DNA of 64,000 nt. It comes from Rhizaria sp. SCN 62-66 (taxonomy: Eukaryota). Positions 11,576 through 23,169 of the stretch are shown here, one piece after another. The first letter of the stretch is position 1. Each line of letters begins with the position of its first letter. The stretch spans positions 1 to 64,000 of the forward strand of contig MEDY01000086.1 in the NCBI GenBank assembly GCA_001724265.1, given 5' to 3'. Made by a program: the position numbers and the translations under genes. The notes under the pieces are model-generated. The model saw only the letters and a list, made by a program, of their open reading frames with translations. It was not told the DNA's origin and did no database searches.

Positions 11576-12009
11576 ACGGATATCCGTGATAGCAACGATC
11601 TAGCGTCGCAAAAGTGATGTAAAAGTGAAGCTAGGTTTGCTTTAAAACGTATAACAACTGTCTTGTTTCCGTTTGTCGATCGAAATCTGCAGGGTGCTTC
11701 TGGCAAGATAGCGCTCAATGAAGGGACTTTTGGGAGGCTCTTTCGGACCATTAGACTTTGTGTCACAGAAAAAGCGTATGTGGTGGGAATGAAATACGTC
11801 ACTGGGACTTGTAGCAACAGGTTTATAATGTATTTATATCAAGTGATAACAGCAACAGTGCATTGAAAATCCACGAACTCAGCGTTATTATCCCGCCAAA
11901 CCGGCATCTATGGCCCCAAATCTTCGCAAGTAAAGTGCATACGCCCCTTGACTGCGAAACCCAAGTCTTAAGCAGACGAGTACAGTAAGAATCCAGCTGA
12001 CATACGCTC

Positions 12010-13882
12010 TCACATGGGCAGCGGCTGCGGGTGGCGCACAAAAGTGCGGTCATACGTGGTCTGGACGGGCGCCAGCAGCACCTGGGGCTGCGGCCGCGTC
12101 GCCCTAAAAGGATTACTCCTCTGCTCGACCGTCACCGCAAACTGACTCTGCGTTGCGCTAGCGCTGGCAACAGGGTCAAACCCGTCGTTGTTGTAGTTAT
12201 TCGTCACCACAACACTGGTACGGTTCGCCGTCAGCGTCTGCGCCAGACTCTTGCTTTCCTTGCCGGGCCGCTGCTGGAACTCCGGGTCCTGGAAGCTGGC
12301 TTTATAGACCGATGCCGGCGTGGCCTCGCTGAAGGGCGCTGCCCCGCTGTTGATGGGCGCCACGCCCTCGATGCGCGAGTGGCCGTGAACGCTCTCGCCC
12401 GTGAAGGTCGACCCGAAGCGTGACGCCGCCAGCGCGGTCTTCTCCTCGCGGCTCAGAGGCACCTCGCGCTGAGACATGAGGCGTGTCTGGCCCGAGGGAA
12501 AGTGACCGTGCTGCCACCCACCGGTACCCACGGTACCCATGGAGCTGCCGTAGAGCGCGGGCGGGGCGCGCTGCTGGTTGCCAGCGTAGACCTTGCTGTC
12601 GTTCGTCCCAGTGCCCTTGCAGGGGGGATCAACCGGGATACGAGCGAAGCCGCTTTGGCTAGGGATGGTGCGCTCGTAGGGCGGCAGACCGCGCCGGGCC
12701 TCGGCGGCCGCAGTGAGCAGGGGCGCGGTGGCGATCTCGGCAAAATACGTCGTCGAGTACGCCGGCTTGTACGTGGAATCCTGAAGTGAACGGAGAGAAA
12801 GGCGAAAACAAGCGCGGAGAAAAAACAAGGTGAAAATACAAAAATGATGAAAACTCCGTGATGACATGATGAAGAGCGAAAATTGCGCAATGAGAATATG
12901 TGAAACAGATCATCTATCATAAATTTAACACGTATGAAGAATATATATGTGGTCACATCTCTGTTTTAGTGCTCACTCTGGAAGGGATGAGAGCGTACCT
13001 GGCGCGCCTCGTATTCGGCCTGCTCGGCCGTCAGCACGGGCGGGAACGACACAGCCTGCGCCGCATTGAGCGTGTATCCGGTCTCCGCGCCTCCGGCGGC
13101 GCGGTAATCGTCGATGGTGGGGACGTAGCCGCGCAGGGAGGAGCGGGACGGGTCGGGGTAGGAAAGCGCAGTGTTGGTGGCGTAGGCCCACGCCGGCGCC
13201 GGGGCGCGGGCGGGGTTGGCGACCTGGTCCGCAGTCAGGGGCAGGTCCTTGGAGGTGAGGTAGTCGCTGATAGGCTTAAAGACGTTGCGGCGCGGCGGCA
13301 TCGAGTAGCGCGCAGCGGCAGCGGCGTGGGCAGTGGCTTGCAGGGAGTCGGTCGAAGTGCCACGTGTCGCCTGCGTCGTCGTACAACACAAAGCAAGATA
13401 TTTCACAGTAAATATAGACACAGCTCAGTTAGTATGCTTGCTCATTGGTGACGATCAAAAGGAAGCGTGTTATGATGAAGTTTTAGTTTGATTTTCGTTG
13501 ATATAGCTGGGCAAAACGTATGTTTAGTGAAACGCCACATGACTGAGATATGGTTGTAGGTGAGCGCCAGTTCGGAACTCGTATGAGACTAAAGGAGACT
13601 GACACTGCAATGCAAGGCAGGGTAACGTACGTCATGCGGCAGGTTCTCCTTCACGGCGTCAAGCGCGGTGCTAAAGGGACGGTTATTGAGCGCGTAGCCG
13701 GATACAACCGCGCTCTGGCCAGCAGTGGCGAAAGGGCGGCCGCCGGAGCGCGCCTGCTGCTGTTGCTGCAAATGGGCCGCAGGGCCGCCGGGGCCGTGGC
13801 TCTCGGCGTAGGTGGTGCGGTAGTGGTCCATCATGTCCCCGCTGGCGGGCTTGGAGCCCACGCGAAGGGGCTGAGAGCTCAT
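12010..13882 (-). CDS. Probable ciliary microtubule-inner protein, PPP1R32/SAXO4-like. Exons 13882-13631, 13370-12999, 12780-12010; 464 aa; TGA stop
   Basis: Three GC-rich ORF pieces join in phase 0 via GT-AG introns. Repeated short motifs HYRTTYAESH, SGYALNNRP, ETGYTLN, YSTTYF, QSGFAR, SVYKASF and TTYDRTF resemble SAXO/Mn-type repeats. The gene model is well supported; the product call is from recalled resemblance only. Confidence 0.55.
12781..12998 (-). other. Spliceosomal intron (218 nt)
   Basis: CAG|GTACGC...TTCACTTCAG|GAT, AT-rich, phase 0. Confidence 0.8.
13371..13630 (-). other. Spliceosomal intron (260 nt)
   Basis: GAC|GTACGT...ACGCAG|GCG, AT-rich, phase 0. The acceptor position is less certain. 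Confidence 0.7.
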
Positions 13883-14541
13883 GGCAGGCTGGACGCTTGG
13901 TGAGCTCTGCAGGCGGACGGAGGCGGAGAGAAACGCAAGGTATGGTAAGCAAAGGTGAACTGTAAGAAAATGTAGAGTAAATTTTTAAATAAAACACACC
14001 GATAATTAATCGCTGTGTAGGCCACTAGCCATTTAACGGAAATTTCACCCCGCTATTACCACTGAAACATGTCTCTCATCGTAACGGCTGGATCGCAGTC
14101 GGGTCTCGTCTCTGTCTCGTTTGTCGGTCTCGTGTCCGGCCGACGATGACACTGCAGAGAGGGGCCTCTCGAGAAGTTCTTTCGGTCAGATCTCCACCGA
14201 GGCAGAACGACCGCCAGCACTCGTAAATGATGTTGAATCCCGTAGAACTGTGTCGTTATTACTACTATTTCTTGTGATTTAATTCCAGTCTGCGATATAT
14301 GCCTCGCCAGACAGCCCAACACGCAGCCCACGCTCACCGTCTCCCCACACTCACTCCCCACATGCTCCTGCAACGCTCCGCCCGCTTCAACCACGCCCGC
14401 AGCGTAAACCCTTACGCACCCTCCCTCAAAACAACCTGTTGCACCCCGCTGCACTTACCTCGCCGCACAACTTGGTCTCTACTCAGCCTGGCCCCCACCA
14501 GCGCTCGCAGTCTCACTCGTCTGCACGCCGCCGGTGACACG
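13883..14541. promoter_or_regulatory. Divergent (head-to-head) intergenic region, probably a bidirectional promoter with 5' UTRs
   Basis: The start codons at 13882 (-) and 14542 (+) point away from each other about 660 bp apart. A likely 5'-UTR intron acceptor (CTGCAG) lies 24 nt upstream of the 13882 ATG. Confidence 0.45.
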
Positions 14542-15360
14542 ATGCAATCCGCCGCCGCGCTAAGCTCGCCCGTGGACTCGACGACCGCGGCCGTGACGGC
14601 GGCGCTGGCCCCGCCGCCGGCCTCGCCCTCAGGCGCCTACGGCTCCGGCCTCAGCACCGGGGACGGTCACAACACGCCCGTCGTCGCTGTCCCCACCACC
14701 GCAAACGCCGCCAACTCCGCCAAGCCGACGCCTCCGACCGCGACGGCGCCGGTGACTGCGCCGACCAACACGTGGGTGTTCGGCTACGGCTCGCTGATTT
14801 GGAAGCCCGACTTCAAGTACACGGAGCGGCGTGTCGGCTACATCAAGGGCTTCAAGAGGCGCTTCTACCAAGGCTCTACTGATGTACGTCCCCCTCCACA
14901 AAACAAGATATATCTCGCCACAATTAGGCCTTATAGCAATGCCACTCTGCACCATGGTGCATTATAATATTTTTTATCTAGATCATATTTTTTTATTCTA
15001 CATCTCTCTCATCTTCTGCGATTTATACCCTCTTTATTGATCTTGACCTCGCAGCACCGCGGCACCCCCGAGTACCCCGGCCTCGTCGTCACGCTGCTGC
15101 CGAGCTACGCGCCCGACCCCTTCGACAGCGAGATGTCCGACCTTCTCGCGTCGCCGCAATGCCCCGAGGGGCTGTTGGAGACGTTCGCGGCCTTCACCGC
15201 TGCTGCGACGCCGCCCCCGCTGCGCGCCGCGGCTCGGGCCAAACTGATGCAGATCCTCAGTACAAACGCGCTGCCGCCGCGGAGTGTTGAGGCGCTGCTG
15301 TCCTGCATCAACACCATGAATAACAGCAACAGCACTGCTTCAGTAGGCAATGGCTACAAC

Positions 15361-15392
<32 letters not shown>

Positions 15393-16489
15393 CAACAGCA
15401 GCAGCTATAGTCGTGGTATTGGCAACGCGGGTCTCGTCAGTGCAGGACTCAACCGGAGCGCGAGCCTCAACGGCATCGCCACTGCTAGCAGCGCTGCCAA
15501 TAACCCGTTTCCTAACACTATCAGCTGCAACACCGCTGGTTTGGCGACGGCCACTGGCGGCAGCGGCGGCGGCGGCTGTGCCAGCGGTGCTGCGAATGGA
15601 GGTAACGGCCCCCCGTGCTTTTCCCCCGAGTCGGCAGCGGCGGTGACGACGGCGGCCGCTGTGCTGGGGGGCCATGGCAGCAACAGCAACGCGCTCTCAA
15701 ACAACAACGGCGTCAGCATAAGTGCGGAGACGGCGGAGACTCTGGCTGCGGTGGCGGCCGTCACTGCCGCCGTTCCTATGCGCGGCGAGTGCCCCTTAGC
15801 TTTCATGAGGGCCCCTTACACGGCCCCTTACACGGCCGGCAACGGCGGCGGGGGAACTTACCCTGGCGCGACAGCAAGTCTGGGGTCTCAGATGGGTCCT
15901 ATGCTGCCCGGTGTCAGCCCCATTCATACCAGCAACAACAACAACAACCACGGCCTGAACGTAGCCGGCGCCAGCTCCAGCGCTTACCCCACCAATGCCA
16001 GTGCTAATGTTGATCCAAGTGCGCGTGCGACTCAGTTCAATCGGTCCGCCAGTGACGGCATCGACGAAGACGACGAGGCGCTCTTTAAGTTAGGCCGCGC
16101 CGGAGGCGACCTCTTTGGCGCCGGCGCCGGCACTGGTGGCGCGGCTGCGGACAGCAATCTCAACGCTGGCGTTGGCAGCGGCGGCGTCGGCAACGGCGGC
16201 GGCGTAGGCGGGCTCAAAAGCGCTGAGCAGCTTCTCAGCAGTCTCGGCATTGACTTGGGTCACAATACGAGCTCGAGAGGAAGCGGCAACAACAACTCAT
16301 ATAGAAGCGCCAGTGTGTCCAGCCGTGACAACGACAACGGCAACAGTGGCGAGGGCGGCTTAACTTTTGACTCTGGCGGCTTAGCTTTTCAGCGGTGTGA
16401 CCAACAGCTTCAGTGTGGTTTAGTTAAGTCGCTGCTGCCACAGTCCTTGTCACCCTCACAGTCGCTGGCCGCCCAGCCACAGCTGCAGT

Positions 16490-16521
<32 letters not shown>

Positions 16522-19500
16522 GGTGTAAGTGCCAGTGCGAAGCTGAGTTCGATTGTTGTAAATACCCAAGATCAGCAGCAGCAACAGCACAGTCCTGAAC
16601 TGACGAGTCCCTGGGTTGTCAGTCCCTTAGATCCAAGCACCCCAATCCAGCCCTCGGCGTCCAAGTACCCCCTTAGAGACCCTACAGTCGAGGACAAGAG
16701 GACGCATGGTCTAGCTGTTGACGTGAACAACAATACCAGCAACCCGAGTAGTGCGATCTCTGTCGCGTCGGTGCCCAGTGTAAGTACCCCCTTGGACTCA
16801 GGGGCGACTCTAAGTACCCCCGGCTGCGGTGTAAGTGGACTCTCACTCGTCGTCACTCAAAACAACAACACCAGCAACAACAGCAGCAACAACGACAACA
16901 ACAACAGTCTCCTGATGACTGCTACTGCGGCTGCTGCGGCTGCTGTAACCACCCAACGTACCGACCCAACTGCGACTCTATCGGAGACGAAATCTGACTC
17001 TGCGCCGGCTGCTTTTGACCCTGTGAGCGCATTAGCTCGTGCAGGTGTGAAAGCGAGTGCTGCTGATGTTGCTGCTAACGCTGCTGAGAATGCTGTTGTC
17101 AATGCGACTGGGGATGCCACCACAAGTCCAGTGACCACGGTCTCGGTCACTGACTCGAGAACTGGCCAGACCGCTACTCTCGTCACTGCGACCCACGGTC
17201 ACGGTCACGGACAAAGCCACGATGCTGCTGCTGCTGCTGACTTGTCGAAGGTTGCTGCGGCTGAGACTGGGACTGGTGATGCTGCTGCTTCCGCTGCTCA
17301 CGGTCAGTCTGTGGGGGTGGTTGCTGCTCACGGTCACTCAGCTGTTCTCAGCACTCCTGCCGCACATAGTCATTTCACCTACCAGCCCCCCAACCCGTCT
17401 CCGCCCCTGTCCCTCCTCTACAACTCTGACTTGGTGGAGGTCTGCTACGGTGTGGCGTATCGCATCGACTCTAGTGACACGGACGCTGTCATGAACTACC
17501 TCATGAACCGAGAGAAATGCGGATATGCGTACGTCTAAACCACGCTAAAACATGAATTGACAGCCTATATCGTATTCACTCGCAGTGTAACTGTAATTTA
17601 TGGTGTACTACCGTATTTCAATGTCTTCCAATTTGTTTAAATTGCATATGTGCATATTCCTCACGTCTCGCGATGTTTTCCCAATTGCACTCCTTTGCTT
17701 TACACCTGCTAACACAGCTGCGAGGAAGTCAAAGTGTACTTTTGCGATCCCTGCCCCGGCGCCGACCGCGTGTGCGCAGAGCGTCTGCCGCGCTCAAGGC
17801 CCGGATCCCGCGCCGGGTCCCGCGCCCCGTCTCGTCCCGGCACGCCCAGGGCCTCAACACCGGGGCTGCCCATGGCCCTGAACGGCAGCAGCAGCAACAA
17901 CAGCAACAACAACAACAATACTGCGGGCACTTGCGTGGGTGGGGGCTATGCGCAGTCGCGGCTGTCTCTGTCATGCAAATTCGACATGAACAACAACAAC
18001 AACAACAACAACAATGTCACGAGTATCACAGGTACTGAGAATATTGCTGGGCAGGAAGTGAAGCCGCCCCTGGGCAAGTTTGAGTATGACTCACGCGTTG
18101 GCCAGGGCAGCTTCGTCAATGCTCTCCCGACAGGCAGCCCCAGTAGTAACAATAATAACATCAATAATGCATGTGCGAGCTCGAGCGATAATCTCACCAC
18201 GAATGGCAGTCTGAACGCTAATGTCGGCGTTAATATGGGGGGCGCTAGTACTGTAAGTGAGAGAAGCAACGCAGGCGGTGTGTTGCTAGCCCCGACGGCT
18301 ATTGCGACTGGTCCATGCCACAACAAGACCGCCATCATTGTCGGCTCTCCAGTCAGTGGCGCCCATAACAACACGCTCAATACGAGTCCGTCGCTCTCAG
18401 GCTTGAGCACCGCGGTCGGTGTAAGTAGCCAGTCCGGCGCGAGCTCCATCGGGCTAAGTACCGGCGTAAGGGGCTTCCTGCGCTCACAGTCTTCGTCGCG
18501 GCTCAAGTCCCTGCCGCCGCCGCCGTGTTTGTCGTCGTCGTCGTCCTCACTGTCGACGCATTCGTTCCATACGAGCATCAACGCGGCCAACAACAGCACA
18601 CTCACGAGCACCAGTGGTGCCAGCGGCATGGGTGCGCAGAACGCGTGCTCGAGTCCGAACTATTACAGCAACAGCAGCGGTAGCAGTGGGATCACTGGAG
18701 GTGGTGCCGGCTCCAACCCTGGCAACACGGTGTCTGTTGCCGCTGCCCCCGTCGTCTCCCCGTCCATGGCCGCCGCCAACGCTAATAGCTCCCCCCATAT
18801 CGCTGGCGCCGGCGGCAGTAGTAACGCGGTCATTGGTCTCGCGAACGGCCACAGCCGCAGCAACAGCGCTGCCGCGTCCCCCCTCGTCACGGGTGTCACG
18901 GGTACCGGTGCTGCTCACGGTCACTCGGCGGCGGCCGCTGCCCACAGTCACCTGTATAGCCACAGCCCCACACTGCCTGTGCCGGTGCCGGGGCCAGCGA
19001 CTGTGTCCAGCGCCGGCCGCTCAGTCGCTGGCTCCTTTGTTGGCTCTAGCGCTGGCGTTGGGATAGTCAGTCTTTCTAACACTGGCACTGGCGCGGGTGC
19101 GTTTGGATTGGCTTCGCCGAGCAACAACAGCAGCAATGCTACCACTATTCTGAATAGTAACAACAGCAACAACACTGCTACTGCTACGATGCGCGGTCTC
19201 AGTCCGAGCCACTGCCCTATCCCTCTACGGTTCCCGCCCACGACGACCACGAGTACCACGAGTATCGGGGGTACCGCGGCGCCAGCGGGTGCCGCGGGTT
19301 CCGGGAGCTATAACTCCGCCGCCGCTGTGAGCGTCAACAGCGGGGTATTGGGAGCCGCCAGCGGCAACCAAAGCCCGGTTCCACTGCCTCTGCCTGTGCC
19401 ACAGTCCCAGCAACAGCAGCAGCAGTTGTTGTCGTTGACCCAGGACCAGTCACCCGTCATCACAGCGTCTCCGTCTACCGCGGCCAACGGTGGCGGGGTA

Positions 19501-20445
19501 AGTTCCTCCTCTACCGCGGGCAATGTAAGTGGGATCCCGATGCCTAAGGGCCGGCCGCTCGCGGCAGCCACGGCTGCTGCTCTCCACCCCGCGATTGCGA
19601 CTGCAATTGGGAATGGGAATGGGAATGGGACGAGTGTGAATGGTGCAAGTCCTATCGTCGGCAGCCTGCAACAGGGCGCCTCGGCACCCACGCTGTCGTC
19701 CTCTGTTCTGCTCGCTAGCAACGCCAATGCGGCTACCGCCAACAGCAACGGCACCGGGAGCTCGAACGCGATCGGCTCAAACGCGAATGTCACGCTTAAC
19801 AGCACTAGCGCACTTTGCAAAAACAATAACAACGCACTGCCCCTCAACAGTCCTGTCAACAGCTACAGCAACAGCAGCAATAATGCGAACTACAACGCTA
19901 GTGCCGACAGTAAATGCTACTACCGCTCCACCGGCCAGATGTACTACCCGCCCTCGCCGGTGCCGCACAGCCACCAAGAGCGGCCGGGTCACACCCCCGC
20001 CGCCGTCTCACCCTGCATCATGGCCGCGCGCGCGGGCGTTGAGGTTCCTCTCACCTTTGCCACCACCACGCAGGCCGCGCGCGCCACTGCGGCTGCCGCG
20101 CAGGCCCATAGTACGGAGCCGGGGGGCGCGACGAGCGCGGTGGAACTGGAGGCGCACGTGACGTTCGCGCCGGTGCCAGAGTCGGACACTGTGATGGCCG
20201 TCTGCTGGCGCGCGAGCGAGGACAACGAGGAGTACACTGGCCCCGCGCCCGTGGACGAGCTGGCGAAGCGCATCGCGGCGGCGCGGGGCATGAGCGGGCC
20301 CAATGTCGACTATTTGGTGAACCTGGCACAGTCGCTGCACGGACTGGGCGTGCCGGACCTGCACGCCGACATGCTGTGCGCGCGGGTCAAGTACTACCGT
20401 GATATGGGACTCGTATCGCCCGATAAACTGCTCAACTTCCCCTGA
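14542..20445 (+). CDS. CHAC: ChaC-family glutathione-specific gamma-glutamylcyclotransferase with two huge low-complexity insertions. Exons 14542-14883, 15055-17528, 17718-20445; about 1,847 aa; TGA stop
   Basis: Colinear ChaC motifs: [14 protein letters not shown]...[31 protein letters not shown]...[10 protein letters not shown] (catalytic Glu region); [38 protein letters not shown]. Both introns restore the frame, and the first restores the DHRGTP motif. Confidence 0.9.
14884..15054 (+). other. Spliceosomal intron (171 nt) of ChaC
   Basis: GAT|GTACGT...CTCGCAG|CAC; splicing produces the conserved STDHRGTP. Confidence 0.92.
17529..17717 (+). other. Spliceosomal intron (189 nt) of ChaC
   Basis: GC|GTACGT...CTAACACAG|C, with a CTAAC branch-like motif; phase 2. 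Confidence 0.85.
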
Positions 20446-21651
20446 GTTGTGCGGTGCGCGTGGGGGAGTCTGGAGCGCCACAGGCGGCACCACTCGGTCG
20501 ATGTGAGTATTCGGACTCGGATGCGGAAGACTTGCTGGTTAATCCTACTTGTAAAGATTATGTCTTTTTTGATTTTGTCTTTGTGATTTATATACTATGT
20601 ATCGACGCTTCTTAATAAATTGAATAACTATTTGTGATCAAGTCACTCGAAATGGAAAAAACAACAACATAATATGTGACTAGTGTCAAGTAACTGCGGC
20701 CTTATTTTTGCTCACAGCAGAATCACGTTACTTGTTTTGTGATCCCGGTCTACGTGTTATTTGTGAGTTGTGTGTGAATTGAAAGATTCAACTATTCGCA
20801 ATTCGGTGCTTTATATAGAACTTTCAGATATGAACTGTATTGTATCATCAGCCTATCACGTACTCGTGGAACATTGGGACTAATCGAAACTATGAAACTG
20901 GCAGAAATGCAACAAAACAAGAGCTATTAAAGAAAAAAACAGGGGGCTTAAAAATAAATACTCTTTGCCAACAGTCTAACACATTATTTGTTTCTTAAAC
21001 CGGCTGATTTCGACTTGAACATGCTCGCGAGGAGTGCGCTTGCACCACAACCACAATTGCAAATTGCGGTCCACACCGCTGGTCGAGAGCATGGGACTGG
21101 TCGGGGTTGTGGCGCCCAATCGATACCGTTGGGCATCACGACTAAATCGCAATGGAGGAAATATTATTAAAGAGGCCTGGCTTTGCGACTTGGAGAATGC
21201 TATTCATTTTGATGCAGTTGCATTTGACGGACACTATGGTGCATATCTCGCACATTTTTGCGACCCTCTCACTCCTCGACTCGCCCTTCACTCTCGCCTC
21301 CCACAGACTGCTCTCTAGTCCTCTTAACCTCCCCACAAAGAAGCCAACCGGCCGCGTTTTCCCACAACAGTGTGTGGTATTTTACCCGCATCGCTTCACA
21401 GGCGCGTCCTTGACACTCCGGCGTCCCCGTCAGCTTTTCTCCTCTCCCAGCCTGGCCCTTCGCGCCCTCCCGCCCCAGCGCGCTCGGTCTGCCCTGAGTC
21501 TCCACTGACTACCTGGTGGTGACTGTAACCCCGCTCGCCCCGTTACCCGCCGCCCCCGCGCCCCGCCACCCCCGCGCCCCCACAGTCCGCGCCCCGCCCC
21601 CGCCCCCGCCGCGACCGCGAGCCCCGCGACTGGACAGCGACCCCGTGCGCC

Positions 21652-23138
21652 ATGCTCACGCAGATCTTCCTCTACATCTACCGCCAGTTCCTCTCGCCCT
21701 ACATCCAGATCGATGAAGAGAAGGTCAGCATTGCCCTCTGGAGCGGCAGCCTTAGCCTTGAGAATGTGCGCGTGCGCGCCGATGCCTTGGACTTCCTCGA
21801 CCTGCCGATTGTGGTTGAGCACGGCGTGGTGGGCACTTTGACGCTGTCGGCCGACTGGGCGCGCTTCCACAGCGTCCCAGTCAAGGTCAGGCTTGCAGAC
21901 GTCACGGTGCTTGTGCGACCCCGTGACCACAGGTACGGGAGCGAATCCACTGGATATCCGACAGATTTCACTGCCTTTACCGCTATACCCATTGTCTTTG
22001 ATGCATAATGCGGCATCACATATCACCATCACTCACTTCTATCTCTCTTCTCTCCTCGTGCTGTACCGCGACCGTGCTATTTTTGTAATTCTAGGACGAT
22101 CTCCGAGGAGGATGTGCGCAAAATCGTCGCTGCCCGCCACGAAGCCGCCCTCCGCTCCGCCTTCGCGACCTTCCAGAAGGAGCTCACTGCCGCCGCAGCC
22201 GCCGCCAGCGCCAGCGCCAGCGCCAGTGCCAGCGGTGGCAGTGGCGTGGGCCACTTTATCGCCCGCATTGTGAACAACATCCAGGTCGAGGTGACGAACG
22301 TGCACGTGCGGCTTGAAGCATTCTCGCCTGACTCGGCCGGCCTCGGTAAGGCCACACCCCCCAGTGCCTCCAGCGCCAGCGGCATCAGCGGCGCCAGCGC
22401 CAGCGCGACCGCGGCCAGTGGCGGTGGCGGGGGGGCCGTGGGCGGGAGCAACTCGGCTGCTGCGGCGGCCGCGGCCGCTGCCGCTGCTGCCCGGGCGCGG
22501 GCCCGCGCGGCGAAGGGCCTCTCTCTGCGCGGCGGCGGCGGCAGCAGCAGCGCTGCGGGCACTTACACGGGGGGAACTACTTACCCCGGTGCGCGGGGCA
22601 GTCGCCGGCCGTCGACCTCCGCCGCCCTCTCTGCTGCTGGTGCTGTTTCTGCCGGCTCTAGCTTGGGCCGCGGTGGCAGCAGCCGCAGAGGCAGTCAGCG
22701 GCCACGGCCGGCGACGGCCACCCCTGCTGTCATTGGCGCTGCTGCTGCTGCTGCAACTAGCGGCCCAGTTGGAGATACAACTGATGCTGAGACTGGTGGC
22801 ATCGCCGAGGCAGGTATCGCGATTGACACTGACGTCGACGCCGACGCCGATGCTGAGGCTGCCGAGGCCGACGTTGAGGCGTACGCGGCCGAGGCCGAGG
22901 ACAGTATGAGTGAAAGCAACAGCAGGAGCCCTGTGAGTGGCGCCCGCTCCGTTGTTTCGACCGTCTTTGGCCCTGTGCCGGCCCCCTCGAGCAGCGGTAA
23001 CAACAACAACAACAACAACAAGGATAAGGCGTACGTGGGGACAAGTGCTTTTTCGAACCACCTCCGCCGCCTCCGTAAGCAGCAGCAGCAGCAGCAGCGC
23101 ACAAGTGCTGGAGCAAACATCAATGACGACGCCTCCGC

Positions 23139-23169
<31 letters not shown>

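Noticed and set aside
11576-11587. 12-bp palindrome ACGGATATCCGT next to the SDE2 start codon
   Set aside because: Palindromes of this size are expected several times by chance in 64 kb.
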